This document shows, one piece after another, positions 48,898 to 56,794 of a stretch of 64,000 nt of DNA. Positions within the stretch are counted from its first letter, which is position 1. The number at the start of each line of letters is the position of its first letter. The notes beneath the pieces are model-generated. The model worked only from the letters and a program-made list of their open reading frames with translations. It was not told the origin of the DNA and searched no databases. This stretch comes from Arenicellales bacterium (GTDB lineage Bacteria; Pseudomonadota; Gammaproteobacteria; Arenicellales; Poriferihabitantaceae), in assembly GCA_965116335.1 (NCBI GenBank), contig OZ220677.1, positions 1,315,933-1,379,932 on the forward strand. Reading direction: 5' to 3'. A program made the position numbers and the translations under genes.

Positions 48898-49647
48898 TCA
48901 GGAGAAAATCTGTGGTTTGAAATTGTCCTTATTGATGATGCTGGCGCTGTTGCCGGTGGCTCTGATCACGAATAATCCCTGTTTCTCTGCATAAACATGC
49001 GCTTGTTCATCAGATTTTAACCAGGCTATCGCTCCATACACGGTGTTATCCTTGAAACGCGGCATGCGAGTCGTAACCTTACTCATACTCACCAGGAAAT
49101 CCTTGACATCCTGCGCCTTCAGGGTGGTCTTGACTTCAACCACTACAATTTCCTGACCATTGGCCGCAATAATGTCATATTCAAAGTTATCATCGGAGCC
49201 GCTTTGTGAAATATTCCGGTAAATCTGGTAAACGTGAACGCCCTTCTCCTGTAACATCGCAACCAAATCCCCCTCTACCAGACTCTCCACCAACCGTCCC
49301 CACCGGCTGTTAAAAGAAGCTTCGTTCTTTTTAATCTGCTTGTCGGTTTCTTTCATTCGTCTGTCGGTTTCCTTCATTTCCTGCATGAGCTCTTCATGGT
49401 CGGCGGCCTGCCTGGCAGCGATTTCTGCTATTTCCTGCATGGCTTTTTCATGTCTGGCATCTTCTATGGCGGCGGCTTCCTTCCGCCTGGCATCCTCTAT
49501 AGCGGCGATTTCTTTTTGGCTGGCGCGAAATTCTGCCATTTCCTGTCTGCCTTTTTCATGGGCCGCGGCGGTTTCCTCCTGGGCAGCGGCGGTTCTTTCC
49601 AAAATCGCCCAGATTTCGTCTGGAGTGGGTACGGTGGTGGTGGTCAT
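48898..49647 (-). CDS. Coiled-coil + PD-(D/E)XK nuclease-fold protein, paralog P3
   Basis: 249 aa from ATG 49647. Same leader, RBS and C-terminal domain as the other paralogs, with a different coiled-coil insert (HEKGRQEMAEFRASQKEIAAIEDARRKE...). Confidence 0.8.
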   Translation of the reverse strand: MTTTTVPTPDEIWAILERTAAAQEETAAAHEKGRQEMAEFRASQKEIAAIEDARRKEAAAIEDARHEKAMQEIAEIAARQAADHEELMQEMKETDRRMKETDKQIKKNEASFNSRWGRLVESLVEGDLVAMLQEKGVHVYQIYRNISQSGSDDNFEYDIIAANGQEIVVVEVKTTLKAQDVKDFLVSMSKVTTRMPRFKDNTVYGAIAWLKSDEQAHVYAEKQGLFVIRATGNSASIINKDNFKPQIFS

Positions 49648-49730
49648 TTCGACATTCCTTACAGGTAGCGATTGCGGATTATAGCAGAATTGGGGTTGGA
49701 GGCGGAGACTGTTCGGGATCGGAACGGGTG

Positions 49731-50139
49731 TCAACGATAGCGGGCGACCACAGAGGGTCGCCCCTACGATGACTTTACGTGCGGTATCTGAATGGTTGTG
49801 GATTCCCGCCTGCGCGGGAAAGACGGATTGGGGCATGCGATGACGGTTGGGTCCCCCCATCCAATCCGGCTGCGGATTGGATTCCCCCTCAAGGGGGGAA
49901 TGATGTTGTAGAGCCTGCGCCTGACCGTTATCGTAGGGGAGGGTCTTGTGCCCTCCCGGGAATGTCGGGCGGGTATCAACGGTAGCGGGCGACCACAGAG
50001 GGTCGCCCCTACGATGACTTTACGTGCGGTATCTGAATGGGTGTGGATTCCCGCTTGTGCGGGAATGACGGGTTGGGACGAGAAAATCACTCCCCCCTTG
50101 AGGGGGAGTCAAGTCCGCTTGCGGATTTGGTGGGGGGAC
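49731..50139. repeat. REP cluster: B 49731-49768, A 49798-49826, DE 49851-49905, C (reverse) 49932-49958, B 49976-50013, A 50043-50071, DE (reverse) 50086-50139
   Basis: Direct reading. Seven modules in 409 bp. Confidence 0.75.
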
Positions 50140-50162
50140 GTCGGGGGAAATGATTGGCCTGT

Positions 50163-50879
50163 TCAGGAGAAAATCTGTGGTTTGAAATTGTCCTTATTGA
50201 TGATGCTGGCGCTGTTGCCGGTGGCTCTGATTACGAATAATCCCTGTTTCTCTGCATAAACATGCGCTTGTTCATCAGACTTTAACCAGGCGGTCGCTCC
50301 ATAGACGGTTTTGTCCTTAAAACTCTGCATTCGAGTCGTAACCTTACCCACACTGACCAGGAAATCCTTGACATCCTGCGCCTTCAAGGTGGTCTTGACT
50401 TCAACCACTACAATTTCCTGACCATTGGCCGCAATGATGTCATATTCAAAGTTATCATCGGAGCCGCTTTGTGAAATATTCCGGTAAATCTGGTAAACAT
50501 GAACGCCCTTCTCCTGTAACATCGCAACCAAATCCCCCTCTACCAGACTCTCCACCAACCGTCCCCACCGGCTGTTAAAAGAAGCTTCGTTCTTTTTAAT
50601 CTGCTTGTCGGTTTCTTTCATTCGTCTGTCGGTTTCCTTCATTTCCTGCATGAGCTCTTCATGGTCGGCGGCCTGCCTGGCAGCGATTTCTGCTATTTCC
50701 TGCATGGCTTTTTCATGTCTGGCATCCTCTATGGCGGCGGCTTCCTCCTGTCTGGCAGCAGCAGCTTCCTGTCTGGCAGCGGTTTCTTTGCTGATGGCGG
50801 CGGTTTCTTCCAGGTTGGCGGAAACTTCTTTCAGAATCGCCCAGATTTCGTCTGGAGTGGGTACGGTGGTGGTGGTCAT
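50163..50879 (-). CDS. Coiled-coil + PD-(D/E)XK nuclease-fold protein, paralog P4
   Basis: 238 aa from ATG 50879. Matches P2 but lacks two internal repeat units. Confidence 0.8.
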   Translation of the reverse strand: MTTTTVPTPDEIWAILKEVSANLEETAAISKETAARQEAAAARQEEAAAIEDARHEKAMQEIAEIAARQAADHEELMQEMKETDRRMKETDKQIKKNEASFNSRWGRLVESLVEGDLVAMLQEKGVHVYQIYRNISQSGSDDNFEYDIIAANGQEIVVVEVKTTLKAQDVKDFLVSVGKVTTRMQSFKDKTVYGATAWLKSDEQAHVYAEKQGLFVIRATGNSASIINKDNFKPQIFS

Positions 50880-50962
50880 TTCGACATTCCTTACAGGTAG
50901 CGATTGCGGATTATAGCAGAATTGGGGTTGGAGGCGGAGACTGTTCGGGATCGGAACGGGTG

Positions 50963-51290
50963 TCAACGATAGCGGGCGACCACAGAGGGTCGCCCCTACG
51001 ATGACTTTACGTGCGGTATCTGAATGGTTGTGGATTCCCGCCTGCGCGGGAAGGACGGGTTGGGGCGTAGGAGGACGGGTGGTTGGGGTGTGGGTTGGCG
51101 GATGGTTGGGGCGTGGGATTACGGTTGTGCCCCCCCATCCAATCCGGTTGCGGATTGGATTCCCCCTCAAGGGGGGAATGATGTTGTAGAGCCTGCTCCC
51201 GAACGTTATCGTAGGGGAGGGTCTTGTGCCTTCCCGCGAATGTCGGGCGGGTATCAACGGTAGCGGGCACCCACAAGGGGCACCCCTACG
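50963..51290. repeat. REP cluster: B 50963-51000, A 51030-51058, DE 51128-51183, C (reverse) 51210-51236, B variant 51254-51290
   Basis: Direct reading. The B variant has stem GGGCACCC/GGGTGCCC in place of GGGCGACC/GGTCGCCC. Confidence 0.75.
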
Positions 51291-51318
51291 ACCAAGCCGG
51301 GGGCAGGCGGCTTACGCT

Positions 51319-53766
51319 TTACTCCTTCTCTGCGTGATAAAAGCCTGCGGCTGCGCCGACGACGCTTGGGTCGTCCAGTTCGCCGGCATTGTAAAACAGT
51401 GCTTCGAAATCACCGAAGAAGCCGGTCGGGCGTTGTTCGAAGCGTTGGCCCTGGTCGTTCCCCATCTCGCCGTAAGCTTGCCAGCCCCAACGGCCACTTA
51501 CTGTTTTGCCGCCATCGTAAGTAGCGCCTCTTACGCCATTGGCGCCAATATATCCAGCAGTTCTTTCATCTAAAACAGTTGTAGGGAAAGCGTCCATGGT
51601 TGTCAGAGGGATACTCCATGCAGGATCGACATGACCTTCGCCTGCCACCGCCCTGAAATTGTCAATCGTGCCATTAAGGGTCGGAGTCGTGCCGAAGGTC
51701 GCATTTAGTGTCACGTCCGCCTCGAAGTGGCCGGATGCAGTGGTCATGGCGTCTCCGGCGCCGGTCCTGCGTGCAGACAGGCCGTGTGCATCTCCGCTGT
51801 AGGTGGCGCTGCCAGCAAGGCCACGGTCACTGTCACCAAAGTTCAGGTTGCTCACTGATACGTCTGCTGTCCCAACCCAGCCGATGCGACCCTGGAGCGT
51901 GAGGCTGTTGACGTCGTCGTCAATTCCCTCCAGCCACAAGCCGTAATCGACGTAGTTATCGACTAACTCATAGACACCGTCTCCGTCTGAATCCATATAA
52001 CGGGACATCTCGGTGTTGTAGCCAAGCTCGCCCTGCCGGTCGCTATCCACAACAGGGCTGAAGTAAAAGCCATCACCCAAGTACTTCACCTTCACAACCT
52101 CATTCTCACCCTCACCATTAATAATCGTAATCGTATTCTCATTCAAATCACAGCCACCACTCCGATCACAGTAAAGCGTCCCTGCCATGCCGTTCAGCTG
52201 ACCGTGAAAGAAACCATACTGGCTAACCTGGTTGAGGACACTTATGCCGCCCGCGGGGGCGCCGCCCTCACCGAACGTGCCTTCCGCCCTGACGACGAAA
52301 TCAGACAATTTCGGACGGGTCTGAAAATTGATGGCATAATGATTCTGCGGAAGGCCTGTTTCGGCGTGCTTAGTAGCATTTATCGTATTGTCTGGATTGC
52401 GGAAAGTCCGACGACTGAGCCCCCAGTCATTGTTGTCTTCGGCGATCTGCCTGAACGTCATGGTTCCTTCCGGGGCGGCGCGGAGAAAGACATGGGCACT
52501 GGTATCGAGATCCATGAGGTCGCCGGTGGTGTTGATAACAGGGTCAGAATCAGACCCTCGTATCTGTGCATTTGCTCTTGGCCTATCATAAGCGAGCAAT
52601 GCAAACACCATCTCCGCTTTTTCCTGCTCGCTGACATCGCCCAGCGCGGTCTCCCAACGCGTAATGTCCTTATTAAGGGCAGTCTTGAGATTTTCGAGGG
52701 AGGTTGTGATCTCCTCAACCAACCCACCCTCTCCATTCTCTCCACCAACCACTACCGCTTCAGCCTCCTTAGCCTCCTGATCGCTTCTCTTATCATTCTC
52801 GGCGGTCGTAAGCCGCTCGGCTTCCTCGCTGGCTTCCGCCTCCGCCCGGGTCGCGGCTTCGAACTCCTGCTTCGCCTCTATGTATGCTTCTGCCATCCTT
52901 TTTTCAGCCGCTTCCATCCGATATCTAGCGGCTGCCTCACTCGCAGCCTCAATCTCAATCTCCTTGTCCATAATATCCTGGTTGGTAGCATCAGGGCTTT
53001 GTTGAGGGTCTTTCAACACTGCCAATTCTAACCTAGCATCGGCGGCGTGGGCATCGGACTCAAGAGCATCCTGCTCAAGCTCCATGATTTCCATGTTCAG
53101 AGGATTGTACACTGCCTCTTTCTGACCAAGAGCCTGTACGGCTGTTGCGTACACCGTATTGGCCTCACTCGCTTCTCCAGCAAGACCCTCCGCTTCTTCA
53201 GCAAGACCTGCGGCTTCGGCACCTAAATCACTGTATATCTGCTTGGCAGTCTTAAGATCTTCCTCAACTTTCGCAATCCCGGCCTTCATCGCGTCGACCT
53301 GCGATTGCGCTTCTGCCGTGATGCCCGCGGATACGCCCATGGCAGCGGCGATGACCTGGTTGGATTCCAGATAGATAAGGTTAGCGCCGGTCTCCACTGC
53401 CGCTCTGTTCAATATATCAGGCACCTCTGTTACGGCTTCTTGCGCTTCATCTCTGGCCGTCATTGCATCCTCCACCGGGTCATCACTGGGCGTAACAGGG
53501 TCCGGGGTGTCGCCTCCGCCAGGGCTGGTTGGGCTGGTTCCACCACCACCGCCACCACCGGCCGTGCTTCCATCTCCACTGTCCGTATCGCCGCCTCCGT
53601 TGTCGCCGCCGGTATTGCCGTCCATATTTCCGGTGTTGGGTTGTTCAGGAGCTACCGCTGTGCCTCCCCCACCTCCGCAGGCGGTCAGCAGCAGGCTCAG
53701 GCTCACTGCAACCAGAACGGATACTATCGAATTGATTTTGTTTGTCTCTTGACCCAGATTACTCAT
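51319..53766 (-). CDS. Large lipoprotein with coiled-coil region and C-terminal TbpB/fHbp-like beta-barrel domain (putative surface lipoprotein), paralog L1
   Basis: Lipobox SLSLLLTAC followed by GGGGG. A Gly/Asp/Thr/Pro-rich linker precedes an Ala/Glu-rich helical region. The C-terminus SATYSGDAHG..GHFEADVTLNATF..LNGTIDNF..GFFGDFEALFY..GFYHAE resembles the 8-stranded barrel of transferrin-binding-protein-B-like lipoproteins. Confidence 0.7.
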   Translation of the reverse strand: MSNLGQETNKINSIVSVLVAVSLSLLLTACGGGGGTAVAPEQPNTGNMDGNTGGDNGGGDTDSGDGSTAGGGGGGGTSPTSPGGGDTPDPVTPSDDPVEDAMTARDEAQEAVTEVPDILNRAAVETGANLIYLESNQVIAAAMGVSAGITAEAQSQVDAMKAGIAKVEEDLKTAKQIYSDLGAEAAGLAEEAEGLAGEASEANTVYATAVQALGQKEAVYNPLNMEIMELEQDALESDAHAADARLELAVLKDPQQSPDATNQDIMDKEIEIEAASEAAARYRMEAAEKRMAEAYIEAKQEFEAATRAEAEASEEAERLTTAENDKRSDQEAKEAEAVVVGGENGEGGLVEEITTSLENLKTALNKDITRWETALGDVSEQEKAEMVFALLAYDRPRANAQIRGSDSDPVINTTGDLMDLDTSAHVFLRAAPEGTMTFRQIAEDNNDWGLSRRTFRNPDNTINATKHAETGLPQNHYAINFQTRPKLSDFVVRAEGTFGEGGAPAGGISVLNQVSQYGFFHGQLNGMAGTLYCDRSGGCDLNENTITIINGEGENEVVKVKYLGDGFYFSPVVDSDRQGELGYNTEMSRYMDSDGDGVYELVDNYVDYGLWLEGIDDDVNSLTLQGRIGWVGTADVSVSNLNFGDSDRGLAGSATYSGDAHGLSARRTGAGDAMTTASGHFEADVTLNATFGTTPTLNGTIDNFRAVAGEGHVDPAWSIPLTTMDAFPTTVLDERTAGYIGANGVRGATYDGGKTVSGRWGWQAYGEMGNDQGQRFEQRPTGFFGDFEALFYNAGELDDPSVVGAAAGFYHAEKE

Positions 53767-53910
53767 CTACCCAGACTCCAGATTGTTGGTTGGTTCAGCA
53801 TCAGCGCAGGCGCCAACGCCCGAATTAGCAATATCCAGCGATATTAAACGCAACAATAAACAAAGTCAAACAAAAGAACATCCAATCATTGCCCGGTCTG
53901 CGGCAAGAAA

Positions 53911-54060
53911 ATCACTCCCCCCTTGAGGGGGAGTCAAATCCGCTCACGGATTTGGTGGGGGGAATTGACGAGTGGGGCTGGGGATGATGGTAGCGGGAGG
54001 GCACAAGACCCTCCCCTACGCATCGGTAATTGCGGATTTCGTATGGTTGTGGATTCCTGT
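53911..54060. repeat. REP cluster: DE (reverse) 53911-53963, C 53994-54020, truncated A from 54049
   Basis: Direct reading. Confidence 0.7.
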
Positions 54061-54104
54061 CATCGTTCGTTGTTTGACGGATTGTGTCAATTCTCCCTGA
54101 TGCG

Positions 54105-54506
54105 CTACTGCCTCGGCCATTGTTCTACTACGCCGGATAAATGTCCTACCTGTTGCGTAAGCTGGGTGATTTGCTGGTTAATTTGCTGGTTGCCTTGATA
54201 CACAAACCCTAATATGACCAGCGTCAAAACAAAATGTAATCCGAACATCCAGCGCAACCCGACTACATCTTGCCGGACTCCTGCCACTTCCCCCCGGACT
54301 CCGGCAATTTCCTGGCGTAGTGATTTTTCCACCGCTTTCAGGTCGGACTGTACCAGTTTCAGGTCGGCCTTTGTTGCCAGGTCGTCTCCATGGCTTCCTA
54401 CTACTTCGGCGACTGTCTCGGCCACCGCCTCAGCCTGGATAGTCTCAAAACCTGCCTTTTCCAACTTCCGCATGGTGGCCAGGGTATCAATCGCTATGGT
54501 TGTCAT
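54105..54506 (-). CDS. DUF1640-like tail-anchored coiled-coil protein, paralog D2 (head N2, tail C1)
   Basis: MTTIAIDTLATMRKLEKAGFETIQAEAVAETVAEVVG...LATKADLKLVQSDLKAVEKSLRQEIAGVRGEVAGVRQDVVGLRW, then a TM segment and YQGNQQINQQITQLTQQVGHLSGVVEQWPRQ. Confidence 0.75.
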   Translation of the reverse strand: MTTIAIDTLATMRKLEKAGFETIQAEAVAETVAEVVGSHGDDLATKADLKLVQSDLKAVEKSLRQEIAGVRGEVAGVRQDVVGLRWMFGLHFVLTLVILGFVYQGNQQINQQITQLTQQVGHLSGVVEQWPRQ

Positions 54507-54561
54507 GATTCTTTCCTGATGTTTATTTGTATTGGTTCCTGTTATTGTTCGCCCTGATACG

Positions 54562-55026
54562 CTATTGCTTCGTCCACTGTTCTACTACGCCGGATAAATG
54601 CCCTACCTGTTGCGTAAGCTGGGTGATTTGCTGGTTAATTTGCTGGTTGCCTTGATACATAAACCCGAATATAACCAGATTCAAAGCAACCACAAACCCG
54701 GCAACAATCCCGAATGTCCAGCGCAATCCGGCTACTTCCCCTCGGACTCCGGCAATTTCCTGGCGTAGTGATTTTTCTACCGCTTTCAGGTCGGACTGTA
54801 CTACTTTCAAGTCGGACTGTACTACTTTCAGGTCAGACTGTACTACTTTCAAGTCGGACTTCACTACTTTCAGGTCGGACTGTACCAGTTTCAGGTCGGC
54901 CTTTGTTGCCAGGTCGTCTCCCTGGCGTCCTACTACTTCGGCCACCGCCTCAGCCTGGACAGTCTCAAACCCTGCCTTTTCCAGCTTCCGCATGGTGGCC
55001 AGGGTATCAATCGCTATGGTTGCCAT
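54562..55026 (-). CDS. DUF1640-like tail-anchored coiled-coil protein, paralog D3 (head N2, expanded heptad array, tail C2)
   Basis: 154 aa. Contains DLKLVQSDLKVVKSDLKVVQSDLKVVQSDLKVVQSDLKAVEK. Tail is TFGIVAGFVVALNLVIFGFMYQGNQQ...EQWTKQ. Confidence 0.75.
   Translation of the reverse strand: MATIAIDTLATMRKLEKAGFETVQAEAVAEVVGRQGDDLATKADLKLVQSDLKVVKSDLKVVQSDLKVVQSDLKVVQSDLKAVEKSLRQEIAGVRGEVAGLRWTFGIVAGFVVALNLVIFGFMYQGNQQINQQITQLTQQVGHLSGVVEQWTKQ
54783..54900. repeat. 21-bp tandem repeat (CTTTCArGTCrGACTGTACTA, 5-6 units) encoding the heptad VVQSDLK inside D3
   Basis: Units at 54783, 54804, 54825, 54846 and 54867, with a partial unit at 54888. The other paralogs carry 0-1 units. Confidence 0.9.
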
Positions 55027-55083
55027 GAGCCTTTCCTGATGTTGATTGGTATTGGTTCGAAGATTACTGCACGGCTTGCTCGG

Positions 55084-55422
55084 TCAACCTGCCGTCAAGA
55101 TGGCCATTATTCCGGCCACTTCCTGTCCGATAGTGAATACCTGCCACGTCAGGGCAGCCATAATCCCCAACATAGCCAGCGTAAAGGCAAAATGTAATCC
55201 GAACATCCAGCGCAATCCGGCAATTTCCTGGCGTAGTGATTTTTCCACCGCTTTCAGGTCGGACTGTACCAGTTTCAGGTCGGCCTTTGTTGCCAGGTCG
55301 TCTCCCTGGCTTCCTACTACTTCGGCGACTGTCTCGGCCACCGCCTCAGCCTGGACAGTCTCAAAACCTGCCTTTTCCAGCTTCCGCATGGTGGCCAGGG
55401 TATCAATCGCTATAGTTGTCAT
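55084..55422 (-). CDS. DUF1640-like tail-anchored coiled-coil protein, paralog D4 (head N2, tail C3)
   Basis: Tail MFGLHFAFTLAMLGIMAALTWQVFTIGQEVAGIMAILTAG. Confidence 0.75.
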   Translation of the reverse strand: MTTIAIDTLATMRKLEKAGFETVQAEAVAETVAEVVGSQGDDLATKADLKLVQSDLKAVEKSLRQEIAGLRWMFGLHFAFTLAMLGIMAALTWQVFTIGQEVAGIMAILTAG

Positions 55423-55479
55423 GATCCTTTCCTGATGTTGGTTGGTATTGGTTCGAAGATTACTGCACGGCTTGCTCGG

Positions 55480-55752
55480 TCAACCTGCCGTCAAGATGGC
55501 CATTATTCCGGCCACTTCCTGTCCGATAGTGAATACCTGCCACGTCAGGGCAGCCATAATCCCCAACATAGCCAGCGTAAAGGCAAAATGTAATCCGAAC
55601 ATCCAGCGCAATCCGGCAATGTCGGACTTTGTTGCTAACTGTTCGCCTTGATGCGCTACTGCCTCGGCTACCGCTTCGGCCTGGCTTGATTCAAACCCGG
55701 CTGCTTGCAGTTTTCGTGCTGTCGCCAGTGTGTCGATGGTATACGCTGCCAT
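55480..55752 (-). CDS. DUF1640-like tail-anchored coiled-coil protein, paralog D5 (head N1, tail C3)
   Basis: Head is identical to D8 and D1. Tail is identical to D4. Confidence 0.75.
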   Translation of the reverse strand: MAAYTIDTLATARKLQAAGFESSQAEAVAEAVAHQGEQLATKSDIAGLRWMFGLHFAFTLAMLGIMAALTWQVFTIGQEVAGIMAILTAG

Positions 55753-55790
55753 GTCTGTTTCTCCGCTTGGTATTTCCTTATGTATCCTCT

Positions 55791-55819
55791 ATGGATGGAT
55801 TGTGCCTGAATCCATCCAT
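55791..55819. repeat. Leader hairpin ATGGATGGATT-N7-AATCCATCCAT specific to N1-type DUF1640 genes (also at 57126-57154; degenerate copy near 47607-47630)
   Basis: 11-bp perfect stem about 37 nt upstream of the D5 start, followed by a truncated REP A module. Confidence 0.6.
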
Positions 55820-55916
55820 CCGGTCAATGATCCGTATGGTTGTGGATTCCTGTCATCGTTCGTTATTTGACGGATTGTGTCAATTCTCCCTGATGCGCTA
55901 CTGCCTCGGCCACTCC

Positions 55917-56243
55917 TCAGCCTGCCGTCAAGATGGCTACATCGCGCCAGATAGCGAACAGAAAGCCCAACATAATCAGCGTAAAGGCAAAATGTAATCC
56001 GAACATCCAGCGCAATCCTGCCACTTCCCCCCGGACTCCGGTAATTTCCCCCCGGACTCCGGCAATTTCCTGGCGTAGTGATTTTTCTACCGCTTTCAGG
56101 TCGGCCTTTGTTGCCAGGTCGTCTCCCTGGCGTCCTACTACTTCGGCGACTGTCTCGGCCACCGCCTCAGCCTGGACAGTCTCAAACCCTGCCTTTTCCA
56201 GCTTCCGCATGGTGGCCAGGGTATCAATCGCTATGGTTGTCAT
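55917..56243 (-). CDS. DUF1640-like tail-anchored coiled-coil protein, paralog D6 (head N2, tail C4)
   Basis: Tail MFGLHFAFTLIMLGFLFAIWRDVAILTAG. The middle has a duplicated GVRGEI/GVRGEV unit. Confidence 0.75.
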   Translation of the reverse strand: MTTIAIDTLATMRKLEKAGFETVQAEAVAETVAEVVGRQGDDLATKADLKAVEKSLRQEIAGVRGEITGVRGEVAGLRWMFGLHFAFTLIMLGFLFAIWRDVAILTAG

Positions 56244-56343
56244 GAGCCTTTCCTGATGTTGATTGGTATTGGTTCCTATTGCGTCAAGGCAAAATGTAAT
56301 CCGGTAATGTCGGACTTCGTCGCTAACTGTTCGCCTTGATGCG

Positions 56344-56694
56344 CTACTGCCTCGGCCATTGCTCTACTACGCCGGATAAATGCCCTACCTGTTGCGTAAG
56401 CTGGGTGATTTGCTGGTTAATTTGCTGGTTGCCTTGATACATAAACCCGAATATGACCAGATTCAAAGCAACCACAAACCCGGCGACAATCCCGAATGTC
56501 CAGCGCAATCCGGCTATTTCCTGGCGTAGTGATTTTTCTACCACTTTCAGGTCGGCCTTTGTTGCCAGGTCGTCTCCCTGGCGTCCTACTACTTCGGCGA
56601 CTGTCTCGGCCACCGCCTCAGCCTGGACAGTCTCAAACCCTGCCTTTTCCAGCTTCCGCATGGTGGCCAGGGTATCAATCGCTATGGTTGTCAT
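56344..56694 (-). CDS. DUF1640-like tail-anchored coiled-coil protein, paralog D7 (head N2, tail C2)
   Basis: Head as in D6, tail as in D3. Confidence 0.75.
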   Translation of the reverse strand: MTTIAIDTLATMRKLEKAGFETVQAEAVAETVAEVVGRQGDDLATKADLKVVEKSLRQEIAGLRWTFGIVAGFVVALNLVIFGFMYQGNQQINQQITQLTQQVGHLSGVVEQWPRQ

Positions 56695-56794
56695 GATCCT
56701 TTCCTGATGTTGGTTGGTATTGGTTCCTATTGCGTCAAGGCAAAATGTAATCCGTCAATGTCGGACTTCGTCGCTAACTGTTCGCCTTGATACG

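Noticed and set aside
49764-50259. ORFs lying wholly in REP clusters (49764..50090, 49948..50259, 51007..51276, 57114..57425, 59756..60037, 35429..35632, 47519..47920 and similar)
   Set aside because: The same peptides recur wherever a REP module occurs, in either orientation. They have no RBS and no independent coding signal.
47824-51257. Long N-terminal extensions of track ORFs 47824..48825, 48898..49860 and 50163..51257 (peptides such as PAQAGIHTHSDTARKVIVGATLCGRPL)
   Set aside because: The extensions are translations of REP hairpin modules. All four paralogs share a conserved RBS and ATG (MTTT(T)VPTPDEIW) downstream of them.
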